A model generated the notes under the pieces. That model saw only the letters and a program-made list of their open reading frames with translations, had not been told where the DNA came from and ran no database searches. A stretch of DNA of 49,757 bases from the sequence record SRR22947725_3567, one strand, 5' to 3'. Position numbers and translations under genes: made by a program. Positions 8,897-17,015 of the stretch are shown one piece after another; position 1 is the stretch's first letter, and the number at the start of each line of letters is the position of its first letter.

Positions 8897-9733
8897 ATGG
8901 CGCTTCACACCTCAGGACTCACCCGGGACCTTGAAGTTCTCGAGCTCCTTGGCAGTGACTCTTCTTGGGAGCGGGGCGGTTTAGGAGTCCAAGAGATATC
9001 CGCACGGCTGGGCCGGGATAAGGGTCAAGTCTCGCGGGTGTGTCAGACGCTGTCCGCGACAGGGCTGATTAACCGGGACAGGCAGACAAAAAAATATCGC
9101 CTGGGACATCACCTCTATGCCCTTGCCATGCGCACGCAAGAAGCACATTTAGCAATACTGGCGCGGCCCGCGCTGCTCGAGCTCATGGCACAAGCCGAAG
9201 AGTCCGCCCACCTGACCGTGCTTCGCGGTGGGGAGATCATGACCGTCCACACGGAACTCGCTCAGCATCCCGAACGAGACGACAGCTTTGATGGAGTCTC
9301 CCTTCCCGCTCTCAAGACGGCCTCTGGTCGCGCCATCCTTGCCGCCTTCACGCCCGATGAGCTCGCTGCCTGGTGGGAAGAGCACGGCGAATTGAGGAAC
9401 TCCACCCCACGGCCCACCAGTGATTCGCCCGCCGAGGCTCGTGAGCTCGGTCGCATTCGGCGCCGGCCTAATTCCATCAACACGTTGATGAGGCTCCAGC
9501 GGGTTGGTCGACAGGTGCGCAAACAGGGATATGCGATTTCTAACGGGGATCTAACGGAGAACATTGTTGATGCCGCTGCTGCGATTAGGAACAGTTCAGG
9601 CATCGTGGTCGGAGCTGTTTCCGTGGGTGCCAGAATAAACAGAATCCGCGACGGAAACCAGGCTCTCGGGGCGCTTGTTGCTGAATCTGCACACGCCCTC
9701 TCTCATCGCCTGGGTTATCCCCCGTCCTCTTAG
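8897..9733 (+). CDS. IclR-family transcriptional regulator
   Basis: N-terminal wHTH (GVQEISARLGRDKGQVSR), ESAHL, TASGRAILA, GYA motif; divergent from the ABC operon. Confidence 0.88.
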   Translation: MALHTSGLTRDLEVLELLGSDSSWERGGLGVQEISARLGRDKGQVSRVCQTLSATGLINRDRQTKKYRLGHHLYALAMRTQEAHLAILARPALLELMAQAEESAHLTVLRGGEIMTVHTELAQHPERDDSFDGVSLPALKTASGRAILAAFTPDELAAWWEEHGELRNSTPRPTSDSPAEARELGRIRRRPNSINTLMRLQRVGRQVRKQGYAISNGDLTENIVDAAAAIRNSSGIVVGAVSVGARINRIRDGNQALGALVAESAHALSHRLGYPPSS

Positions 9734-9742
9734 ACTGGCGTC

Positions 9743-10732
9743 ATGAAACTCCCCCAACGCGCAATTCTGGCGCCGCTTCTCGGCCTCGGCTGCGGCTGGA
9801 TTCTGTTCATGTTCGCCTCGTGGTCGGATCTTTTTGTTCAACCGGTGTATGACGCGGCTGGAAACTTCCTCAGCGATGGTCCCTCTGTTCGCCTTTCCAC
9901 ATATCTTTACCTTCTTGGGATTGCGCTCTTTGCCTTCGGGGCTTTCCTAGGTTTGAGGCTTTCCAGTAAACATCGGGCGGGAAACCCCACAGATGGCGCC
10001 CTGGCCCTGGCGGCCTACCGGTTTGGGAACCTGTCCGTAATTATCGCCCTTGCTGCAGGGGCGGTCTTCGCAATAGGGAATTTCTTGAACGCTTTCGGGG
10101 GCAGAAATACTGAATCCCTGGGTGAACGGATTATTGGTGTCTACCTGCCGATAGTGCTTGCCACCGCTCTCGTGGTTGTCCTTTTATTGTTCTCCTTCGT
10201 GTATCGGTCATTTTCACCAGACTCGTCGGAAGCTGATCAAAAGAAAGCGACAATTCGCCAGAAAGCCCTTGGGTGGGGTTACGCCCTCCCGATTTTGGCC
10301 GCAGCCATCGCAATCATCCTCGGCCTGATTGTGTATGACGTCACCGGGACATCGTTGGAGACCTGGGTGTGGGTCATCATTCAAGTGCTCATTGCCTCAG
10401 GGATCATCCTGGGAACCCGGTTTGCAAGAAGAGCCAAGGCAGAGAAACCTCCTGCGCCCAAACCCAGGACCGCGGGGGCCAGCGGAGCATGGAACCTGAA
10501 CTTTGTGTTATCTATTGTTTTTGGTGGGGTCGTATCGGTTATGGCCTTCGTCTTTGGGATCGGAGCTTTTGAGCAATTGCGCGACTACAACTTCGACTAC
10601 GCCGGCTGGGAAATCGAACCGGTCACGTTTTCCTGGGTTGTGGGTGACTTTGCCCCAGCGCTGGTCTTGATTGCGCTCGTCATCATCGGTCTCTATGCCA
10701 CTATCACCGAGCGGCACCGGGTCGAGGGCTAA
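9743..10732 (+). CDS. Hypothetical multi-pass membrane protein
   Basis: About 8 hydrophobic helices; TAGACT 6 nt upstream of ATG. Confidence 0.75.
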   Translation: MKLPQRAILAPLLGLGCGWILFMFASWSDLFVQPVYDAAGNFLSDGPSVRLSTYLYLLGIALFAFGAFLGLRLSSKHRAGNPTDGALALAAYRFGNLSVIIALAAGAVFAIGNFLNAFGGRNTESLGERIIGVYLPIVLATALVVVLLLFSFVYRSFSPDSSEADQKKATIRQKALGWGYALPILAAAIAIILGLIVYDVTGTSLETWVWVIIQVLIASGIILGTRFARRAKAEKPPAPKPRTAGASGAWNLNFVLSIVFGGVVSVMAFVFGIGAFEQLRDYNFDYAGWEIEPVTFSWVVGDFAPALVLIALVIIGLYATITERHRVEG

Positions 10733-11655
10733 AGAATCTCGGGAATCTCGTCCCCGACGGGCATCCGCTTGCCTTTGCGATGAACCGCTTGCCTCTGCCT
10801 GCTCGCAAGATAACTCCCTACCACCACAAGGGGGAATCCCACCAAGATTCCCGTGGTGATCGGTTCGGCGAGGAAAACGACCCCCAACACGGCAGCTACA
10901 GCCAAATTTACATAGGTGATGAGGCTCGCCCGGGCAGGCCCGATTTCGCGAATAAGTGCAAAGAAAATGACGAACGCTAAGGCAGAACAAATCACCCCGA
11001 GGACCAGCAGCGCTCCCCAAGACTGCCATGAAGGCCCGTCGCTGATATCCCGGGGTAGTGAAAAAGCGGCAAAGGGTGCATAGACCACGCTCACAATAGT
11101 GAGCGAGACAGCGATGACCCCCAGGGTGGGGACCTCGTGGGGCATTCTGTTGGCGATGATTGGTGCGACGGCATAACCGACGGCCGCGGCCAACATCATG
11201 AAAATTGGCGCCAGCGGGGTCGCACCCGAAAAAGCGTCAATTCCCACAAGGGAAATCACGCCCGCGAGGCCAATAAACAGGCCCAGTACGGTGAGGGGGT
11301 GCCAGGCTGATCGATCCCCCAACAAACCCACGGCAAAAGCAGCAATAAAAGGAACGGTGGTAATTAGTAGGCTTGCAAGGGAGGAAGAAATATCTTTCTG
11401 AGCCTCAGGGATTAAAAACCACGGGCCCACCATCTCAAAGCTGGCGAACGCAACCACGGCGGGCCAGGCTTTGAGCGTGGCCTTCACCATCCCCCGATAG
11501 ATCACAATGGGCATCAAAATGAGCGCCCCCAGGAAGACCCGAGCAAACACTACACTCGTCGTGTCAAAGTGTTCGAGCGCAATTTCGATAAAGAAATATG
11601 GCGTTCCCCAAACCACGCCGATGATCAGAAAGAGGCCGAAAGCTTTACGAGACAC
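10729..11655 (-). CDS. EamA/DMT family transporter
   Basis: Two EamA repeats (VWGTPY..., LGVICSALAF...IGPARASLITY); GTG 11655 preceded by TACGAT at 6 nt. Confidence 0.9.
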   Translation of the reverse strand: MSRKAFGLFLIIGVVWGTPYFFIEIALEHFDTTSVVFARVFLGALILMPIVIYRGMVKATLKAWPAVVAFASFEMVGPWFLIPEAQKDISSSLASLLITTVPFIAAFAVGLLGDRSAWHPLTVLGLFIGLAGVISLVGIDAFSGATPLAPIFMMLAAAVGYAVAPIIANRMPHEVPTLGVIAVSLTIVSVVYAPFAAFSLPRDISDGPSWQSWGALLVLGVICSALAFVIFFALIREIGPARASLITYVNLAVAAVLGVVFLAEPITTGILVGFPLVVVGSYLASRQRQAVHRKGKRMPVGDEIPEIL

Positions 11656-11740
11656 CCCGTCATCGTAGTAGACAATATAGGCACATTTTCGTCCCAAAAA
11701 CCCGGTTGTCCCCCTGGTCTATTCCGCCGTGGTGGGGGAG

Positions 11741-11995
11741 CTAATGCTTCCTGCGCGCCACCAAAGCCATGATGCCCGCAACGCCTGTCACCAGAAGCCC
11801 TAACAGGACTGCCATCACTCCCAGGGCGCCCGCGGCGAATTCCTCCACCAGAAATCCTTCGTCTGTGAGCGATTGTCCCGAAAAAACGTAATACGCATAA
11901 AAAGCTATTCCCACCACAACCAGGGCAACGCCCACGAATAAGGTGGTCCTCGCAGGGTTCTTCGCTCGTGCTCCTTGTGGTGGGGTTTGTCTCAC
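11741..11995 (-). CDS. Small two-TM hypothetical membrane protein
   Basis: Two hydrophobic helices and a basic tail; GTG overlaps the stop of the upstream small ORF (TAGTG). Confidence 0.6.
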   Translation of the reverse strand: MRQTPPQGARAKNPARTTLFVGVALVVVGIAFYAYYVFSGQSLTDEGFLVEEFAAGALGVMAVLLGLLVTGVAGIMALVARRKH

Positions 11996-12138
11996 TAGTT
12001 GGGGTTTCCCAATCCTTTGCGATCTTCGCGCTCTTTCTCTTCCAGCTGTTCGCGAGCAACTTTTTCGGCTGCGAGTCGGGCCTTCTCGGCCAGACCGGCA
12101 CGTAAATCCTCTTCGTTGGTTCGGTTGTTCCTAACCAT
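11995..12138 (-). CDS. Small charged coiled-coil hypothetical protein (47 aa, not in the ORF track)
   Basis: MVRNNRTNEEDLRAGLAEKARLAAEKVAREQLEEKEREDRKGLGNPN*; RBS AAAGAGGA; stop coupled to the next start. Confidence 0.55.
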   Translation of the reverse strand: MVRNNRTNEEDLRAGLAEKARLAAEKVAREQLEEKEREDRKGLGNPN

Positions 12139-12192
12139 GGCGTCCTCTTTCATGACTGTTACTCACAATTCCGCTCACACGCAACTCTAAAC

Positions 12193-12780
12193 CTATTCGT
12201 GGAGGCTCGAATCGATGGGGCCCCTGGACCACGATGTGAACGTCACGCTTAGGCCAGCCCGTGTGGGGGCTGCGACAAATGGCCCTGCTTTACTGGCCAC
12301 GCCCTCTGGCCAGTAGCAGAGTCGAACAAGGCGCCACGCTTCATCATTAACCCGAGCCCGGATCGTCATGGCATTGCCGCTTCGACTGGCTCGAATAGTG
12401 ATCGGTCGACCCGCCCACTCCGCAACTGGCGCCACCGACCAATCCGAAAAACCATGGGTCACCACCGCGCCTAATTGCAGGAGGCCATCCACGCTTTCGA
12501 CCCCCGCCTTTATCCAAGTCTTCTGATCAATCCGCACGAAAAGCCCCGCTTGGTCAAACTGGGCGTTGAACGAACCCTCAAAGGTGACTTCCATCGCTTC
12601 TTCGGTCGCTAAGTCGGCAAGCAACGCGTGCTCGCTGTCATGAGTGAAACCGTAGGCAGTTTCTCGCCAGGCGTCGCTCTGCCGGTGGGCCTCTACGACA
12701 AGGCCCCCCTCGGTTTCTTCGGAAGACACCGGCGGGTGTGACCAGGCGCCCTGTGACCAGACAATCTGTTGGGAATCCAT
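12193..12780 (-). CDS. DUF1349 (Ree1-like, concanavalin-fold) protein
   Basis: SDAWRETAYGF, FDQAGL, WIKAGVE, SDWS, AAPTR. Confidence 0.85.
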   Translation of the reverse strand: MDSQQIVWSQGAWSHPPVSSEETEGGLVVEAHRQSDAWRETAYGFTHDSEHALLADLATEEAMEVTFEGSFNAQFDQAGLFVRIDQKTWIKAGVESVDGLLQLGAVVTHGFSDWSVAPVAEWAGRPITIRASRSGNAMTIRARVNDEAWRLVRLCYWPEGVASKAGPFVAAPTRAGLSVTFTSWSRGPIDSSLHE

Positions 12781-12822
12781 GTCTTGAGACTAGCGAGTAA
12801 CCACTGTTGCTAGGTTTCTGGG

Positions 12823-13164
12823 ATGGACCAGTTCGACTTCATTGCTGGTAGCTACTACGACACCAGCCATACGGCGGAAGAAACGGCCTCGTTTACCGAG
12901 CAGTTCTCCTCCATCACCGAAAATATGGCTAGGGCACTGGACTCTGGGCTCTCCCACGACTCCGAAGAAATGCAGGCCGCAGTGCGGGCACACTACAATT
13001 TTTGTCTCCGCTTCTGGACCCCTGACCGTGAGGCCTACAAGAGCCTTGCGATGAATTACGTCCTCCCCACCGGGTATCGCGACACTTATGAAGCAGTGCG
13101 GGAAGGTTTGGGGGGCTACATTTACGCTGCCGTCTGTTACTTTGCCGACGAGGAACTGTCCTGA
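12823..13164 (+). CDS. Stand-alone TipAS antibiotic-recognition domain protein
   Basis: DSEEMQAAVRAHY...FWTP..EAYKSLAMNYV...GLGGYI pattern; no MerR HTH. Confidence 0.75.
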   Translation: MDQFDFIAGSYYDTSHTAEETASFTEQFSSITENMARALDSGLSHDSEEMQAAVRAHYNFCLRFWTPDREAYKSLAMNYVLPTGYRDTYEAVREGLGGYIYAAVCYFADEELS

Positions 13165-13260
13165 GCAGGCGACGGCCCTACAGCGCTTGATGGACACAGG
13201 GCTACCACGCCCATCAGAATTGAAAGAATGGCTGCTAGGTCAATGAGATAAATTGTTTCT

Positions 13261-14208
13261 ATGGGATCCAAAAGCTGGCGGGCTGCTAGCAAGTTTTTGA
13301 GCCACCGTGGCCTGAATCTCATGGCTCTCGCATGCCTAGTTGGTGGCGCGGTGGCCTTAATCCTCTATTTTGCGGACCCGCGCGAATTGCTCGGAGTGCC
13401 GCTGTGGGAAAAACCGCTGAAATTCCTGATTTCAGGAGCCCTCTACTCAGCAACATTTTCCTGGCTTTACTCCTTTGTCGATAAGGGTAAAAAGTTCGCT
13501 CATCTCATGGGAAACCTGATAGCGATGCTGTTGGTGGTTGAGATAGTCGTTATCGCGGGACTTGGAGCATCTGGCACGACAAGCCATTTCAATGTGTCGA
13601 CACCTTTTCATATCGCTATCTGGTCCGTGATGGCCGCAGCCATCACGGGGGTGTGGGTATCTACCTTCTTGCTCGGGGCAACGCTGTGGAACGCTCCCAG
13701 AATGGCCTCGGAGCTTCGACTTGCTGTTCGCTGGGCTCTAGGCCTTGGCTTGGCTGGTATGGGGATCGCCTTCACCATGACGCCGCCGCAGCCTCAGCAG
13801 GTCCTCCCAGAAAACTGGCAAGGAATCGCGGGGGCTCACACCGTGGGCGCGGCCGATGGTGGTCCTGGCATCCCTTTTCTTGGCTGGTCGAGCGTGTCAG
13901 GCGATCTTCGCGTTTCACACTTCTTCGGATTGCATGCTTTACAGGTTTTGCCGCTACTGGCACTTGTCTTGTCAGCACTCATTGTCAGCTACGCGGCAAG
14001 GGTTGCAATTCTCCAGGGCTTCGCCGTCGGCTACGGGATGCTCATCGTGATCACTTATGTTCAGGCTCTGTCTGGGGAGAGCATCACGAACCCCTCCACA
14101 CTTACTCTTGCGGCAACCGCAACGATGATAGCCATTTCGCTTCTTATTGGTGGCTGGACCTTCATCAGGGTGAAGAAGTCAGAAGGGGCACTAGCTCCTA
14201 GAACTTAG
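13261..14208 (+). CDS. Conserved hypothetical membrane protein
   Basis: Multi-TM; motifs WEKPLKF, SHFN, AHTVG..DGGPG, GDLRVSHFFGLHALQ. Confidence 0.8.
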   Translation: MGSKSWRAASKFLSHRGLNLMALACLVGGAVALILYFADPRELLGVPLWEKPLKFLISGALYSATFSWLYSFVDKGKKFAHLMGNLIAMLLVVEIVVIAGLGASGTTSHFNVSTPFHIAIWSVMAAAITGVWVSTFLLGATLWNAPRMASELRLAVRWALGLGLAGMGIAFTMTPPQPQQVLPENWQGIAGAHTVGAADGGPGIPFLGWSSVSGDLRVSHFFGLHALQVLPLLALVLSALIVSYAARVAILQGFAVGYGMLIVITYVQALSGESITNPSTLTLAATATMIAISLLIGGWTFIRVKKSEGALAPRT

Positions 14209-14263
14209 GTCGCTCAAACCGCCCGGAGGGTCGGTTTAGCCCCGTCTTTCACGGCATGAATGG

Positions 14264-14728
14264 CTACTTGTCGGGATTCTTTCTGGTGGCAAGCGCAAAC
14301 ACGGCTAATCCGAGCACCAGAGCGCCAGCCCCCACCCCATACGACACAACATCAGAGGCTCTGGTGGAGTCCACCATCACACCAACGAACACCACAGCAA
14401 TAATGGCGACCACTACACCGATTAGTTTCGATTTGAGGTCATCCAAGTCTTTGATTTCGAGCCACGTAGGAACCTCGATTTTGGTATCCACAAAGAGTTC
14501 ATAGAGGCCATAGCCGATCACTAACAGCACTGTTCCGAGCAAGATTCCATCCACCGCAGTAAGAACCTCGACGATGACATCTTTGAGGGGAGTGAACTGA
14601 CGAAGTGAGTTAATAACGGCGACAATGATGGCAATGGATCCCTGCGCCATCAGCAAGAGGGCGCCGATCATTGCGGCGATCGCAGGTATGAAGACGGTGT
14701 AACGCGTAAGTCCAACAATTTTTCGCAT
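14264..14728 (-). CDS. YqhA/UPF0114 family membrane protein
   Basis: DGILLG...GYGLYELF...PTWL.IKDLDDLKSKL. Confidence 0.85.
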   Translation of the reverse strand: MRKIVGLTRYTVFIPAIAAMIGALLLMAQGSIAIIVAVINSLRQFTPLKDVIVEVLTAVDGILLGTVLLVIGYGLYELFVDTKIEVPTWLEIKDLDDLKSKLIGVVVAIIAVVFVGVMVDSTRASDVVSYGVGAGALVLGLAVFALATRKNPDK

Positions 14729-14993
14729 GCACGCAGTGTAGTGACCTGGGTGACGAACCCCCTGAGGTAAAGAACCCCTGCGTTGACGGGGGACAGGGGT
14801 CCCTTGCGAAGTGACCCGGACTGTCTTGGTGAGATTGTGTGAAGTTTCACAACAATCACCCCAGCGACGGTAAGCGCTGGACCCACAAGTCTGTGAAGGA
14901 CGCCGTCACATGAAGTCAATAAACAATGGGGCAGCTCAACGGATAATCCAAAGACATGTCGCGGTTTTCCTTAGTAAAGCAGACATACGCTAC

Positions 14994-15188
14994 ATGGTCT
15001 GGTGGATAGTCATGATTGCAATCGGCGTATGGATGGCCGTAGGCGGCTTCACCCAATCCAGCGCAACGCCATTCAAATACCTTGTGGCAAGAGCGGAACT
15101 GCTGTGGAAATCCAGAGCACACAACTTCTTGGGAATCTCAGGAGTAGTAGTCGCTCTCGTCGGAGCTTTTTTCCTACTTAGCGGATGA
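14994..15188 (+). CDS. Small two-TM hypothetical protein (start uncertain; ORF open from 14910)
   Basis: MVWWIVMIAIG...YLVARAELLW...HNFLGISG; two hydrophobic helices. Confidence 0.55.
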   Translation: MVWWIVMIAIGVWMAVGGFTQSSATPFKYLVARAELLWKSRAHNFLGISGVVVALVGAFFLLSG

Positions 15189-15251
15189 TTTTGTGGAGCC
15201 TAGTTAGATCCATTCGCCCTTAGATCGGCTTGTTTGAAGCCCTGTTTTTCG

Positions 15252-15276
15252 AAATTACAACTAAAAATTACAACTA
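15252..15276. repeat. Tandem direct repeat AAATTACAACTA x2 (arm-site-like)
   Basis: 15252-15263 and 15265-15276. Confidence 0.7.
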
Positions 15277-15368
15277 TTTGATGGGTTTTGGTGACCGGAG
15301 AATGCTTGATTCGCACTACCGCCCTCTTGACCGCATAAATACTGACTTCTTGGTTACTAGAAAGGCTC

Positions 15369-15391
15369 TCTACGCCATCTTTCTACGCCAT
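15369..15391. repeat. Tandem direct repeat TCTACGCCAT x2 (arm-site-like)
   Basis: 15369-15378 and 15382-15391. Confidence 0.7.
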
Positions 15392-15466
15392 TGGCTGGCA
15401 AACTAACGAATTCAACGGCAGAAGTGGACAGTTCCGTTCTCGAGTCTTATTTTAGAGAGGGAGATT

Positions 15467-16228
15467 TTGATGAAGATTGCTGTCGCCGGTGGAACTGGAC
15501 TAGTGGGTAAGTTTGCCGTCACGGCTGGCGAAAACCGAGGACACGAAGTTGTCTCGATTTCCCGAAGAAATGGCATCGATTTGATTTCTGGCGAGGGTTT
15601 GGCGGAGGCTCTGGGTGGCGTGGATGTAGTCATCGACGTCACAAATAAAACTACGTTGAGTGGTAAAGCTTCACGAAAATTCTTTTCAACCGTCACAGAC
15701 AACCTCCTTAGCGCAGAGGCGAAGACGGGGGTGAAGCATCACGTGGCTTTATCTATCGTCGGTATCGATGGAATTGACGGTGGTTACTACGCTGGGAAAC
15801 TCGAACAAGAGCGAACCATCCAAAAGGGAACAATCCCCTACACAATTGTCAGGTCCGCCCAGTTTCATGAGTTCGTGACCCAGCAACTGCAAAGCATGCC
15901 TGGACCGATTGCGCTTCTTCCAAAATGCCTTATTCGACCAGTGGCAGCAAGGGAAGTGGGGCAACACCTAGCGGATATTGCAGAAGGAAAACCACTTAAG
16001 CGCGCAACTGATTTGGTTGGTCCAAGAAATGAAGTTTTAGCTGATCTGGCTCGAAGGCAGATCGCCTTCGACGGCTTGAAGAAGTTGGTTCTCGAGTTTC
16101 CGCTTCCGGGGGTTTTTGGAAGAGGCATGGCTTCGGGCGATTTGCGCGGTAAGGGCGAATCGATTGTGGGGAAAACCACTTTCGATGACTGGCTAGAAAG
16201 TCATGACCATCAAAACCCCCTCCAATAA
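15467..16228 (+). CDS. Atypical SDR / NmrA-like NAD(P)-binding oxidoreductase
   Basis: IAVAGGTGLVG Rossmann motif, HHVALSIVG, YYAGK, RSAQFHEF; RBS AGAGGGAG. Confidence 0.88.
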   Translation: MMKIAVAGGTGLVGKFAVTAGENRGHEVVSISRRNGIDLISGEGLAEALGGVDVVIDVTNKTTLSGKASRKFFSTVTDNLLSAEAKTGVKHHVALSIVGIDGIDGGYYAGKLEQERTIQKGTIPYTIVRSAQFHEFVTQQLQSMPGPIALLPKCLIRPVAAREVGQHLADIAEGKPLKRATDLVGPRNEVLADLARRQIAFDGLKKLVLEFPLPGVFGRGMASGDLRGKGESIVGKTTFDDWLESHDHQNPLQ

Positions 16229-16256
16229 TTTCAAGGATGACCTTACTTGCTTCTGC

Positions 16257-16280
16257 CAAATGCACATTCAAATGCACATT
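16257..16280. repeat. Tandem direct repeat CAAATGCACATT x2 (arm-site-like)
   Basis: 16257-16268 and 16269-16280. Confidence 0.75.
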
Positions 16281-16336
16281 AAGCAAAAAATCCTTCAATA
16301 AACACCCCTACTGAGGCTCTAAATCAGGGGAGTTGC

Positions 16337-16362
16337 TGGCGGAGAATGGGGGATTCGACCCC
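16337..16362 (-). other. tRNA-Ser-like 3' fragment (att-site remnant)
   Basis: Minus strand GGGGTCGAATCCCCCATTCTCCGCCA: T-arm, acceptor 3' strand, G discriminator and CCA, with no 5' half. Confidence 0.65.
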
Positions 16363-16389
16363 TTGCCAATTCATTTCTCGGTTTTCTCG

Positions 16390-16462
16390 TGGAGCCTAGG
16401 AGAATCGAACTCCTGACCTCCTGCTTGCAAAGCAGGCGCTCTACCAATTGAGCTAAGGCCCC
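16390..16462 (-). tRNA. tRNA-Ala(TGC)
   Basis: GGGGCCTTAGCTCAATTGGTAGAGCGCCTGCTTTGCAAGCAGGAGGTCAGGAGTTCGATTCTCCTAGGCTCCA; cloverleaf with G3:U70. Confidence 0.97.
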
Positions 16463-16484
16463 TCAGGGATTCTATTTAGTTGTG

Positions 16485-16558
16485 TGGGGCTACCAGGACT
16501 TGAACCTGGGACCTCTTCGTTATCAGCGAAGCGCTCTAACCACCTGAGCTATAGCCCC
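16485..16558 (-). tRNA. tRNA-Ile(GAT)
   Basis: GGGGCTATAGCTCAGGTGGTTAGAGCGCTTCGCTGATAACGAAGAGGTCCCAGGTTCAAGTCCTGGTAGCCCCA. Confidence 0.97.
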
Positions 16559-16604
16559 CTAGGCCGACTACGATTTTAGCGCACTCTGGGCACAAGCCAC
16601 TACT

Positions 16605-17015
16605 CTACTGGTTCGTGAACCCGACTGTTAGACCACCGGTCAATCGAGCAATAACGTTATAGAGGATTGCGCTCAGTGATCCGAGGACCGTCAGGGACAC
16701 CATGTTGATAAGTCCGCCCACCAAGCCCAGGAGGGCGACCTGTTCGAAGCTCAGTAGCGCGAGAATTGCGCCGCCTCCTTCCCCTAGAACGTCGCCGACA
16801 ACTCCTTCCACAGCACCGATTACTCCCACTGAGCTCAGCAATACCCAGCTCAACAGGACCACCAAGAAAACAGAGATCGATATCGCCGCAGAAACCAGAG
16901 CAGAAACTTTGACCGCAGCCCACAAGTCGATATAGACAAGGTTGAGTCGGACCTGCTTGGCGACCGGGGCAGAGGACCTCTGGGTTTTCATTCGTGAGGT
17001 GGGAGTATCAGTCAT
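16605..17015 (-). CDS. DUF3566 membrane protein
   Basis: [18 protein letters not shown]...[12 protein letters not shown]; conserved position after gyrA. Confidence 0.88.
   Translation of the reverse strand: MTDTPTSRMKTQRSSAPVAKQVRLNLVYIDLWAAVKVSALVSAAISISVFLVVLLSWVLLSSVGVIGAVEGVVGDVLGEGGGAILALLSFEQVALLGLVGGLINMVSLTVLGSLSAILYNVIARLTGGLTVGFTNQ

Larger units (their letters stand above)
15193..16399. mobile_element. Integrase-free genomic islet at the tRNA-Ala 3' end
   Basis: 11-bp direct repeat GTGGAGCCTAG at 15193-15203 and 16389-16399 (tRNA-Ala 3' end); visibly more AT-rich; internal tRNA-Ser-like fragment and tandem repeats. Confidence 0.65.

Noticed and set aside
8792-8908. N-terminal extension of the substrate-binding protein
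   Set aside because: It overlaps the IclR start and promoter. The lipoprotein signal and RBS fit ATG 8791.
12157-12180. Resemblance to the lac operator (TGTTA/CTCACAATT/CCGCTCACA), suggesting vector contamination
   Set aside because: The pieces are permuted rather than colinear with lacO, and no vector sequence flanks them. Kept only as a direct repeat.
15252-16280. Tandem repeats as a CRISPR array
   Set aside because: Only two adjacent copies of each, with different sequences, no spacers and no cas genes.
16337-16389. A third functional tRNA gene
   Set aside because: Only the 3' arm is present. The space before tRNA-Ala is too short for D and anticodon arms.
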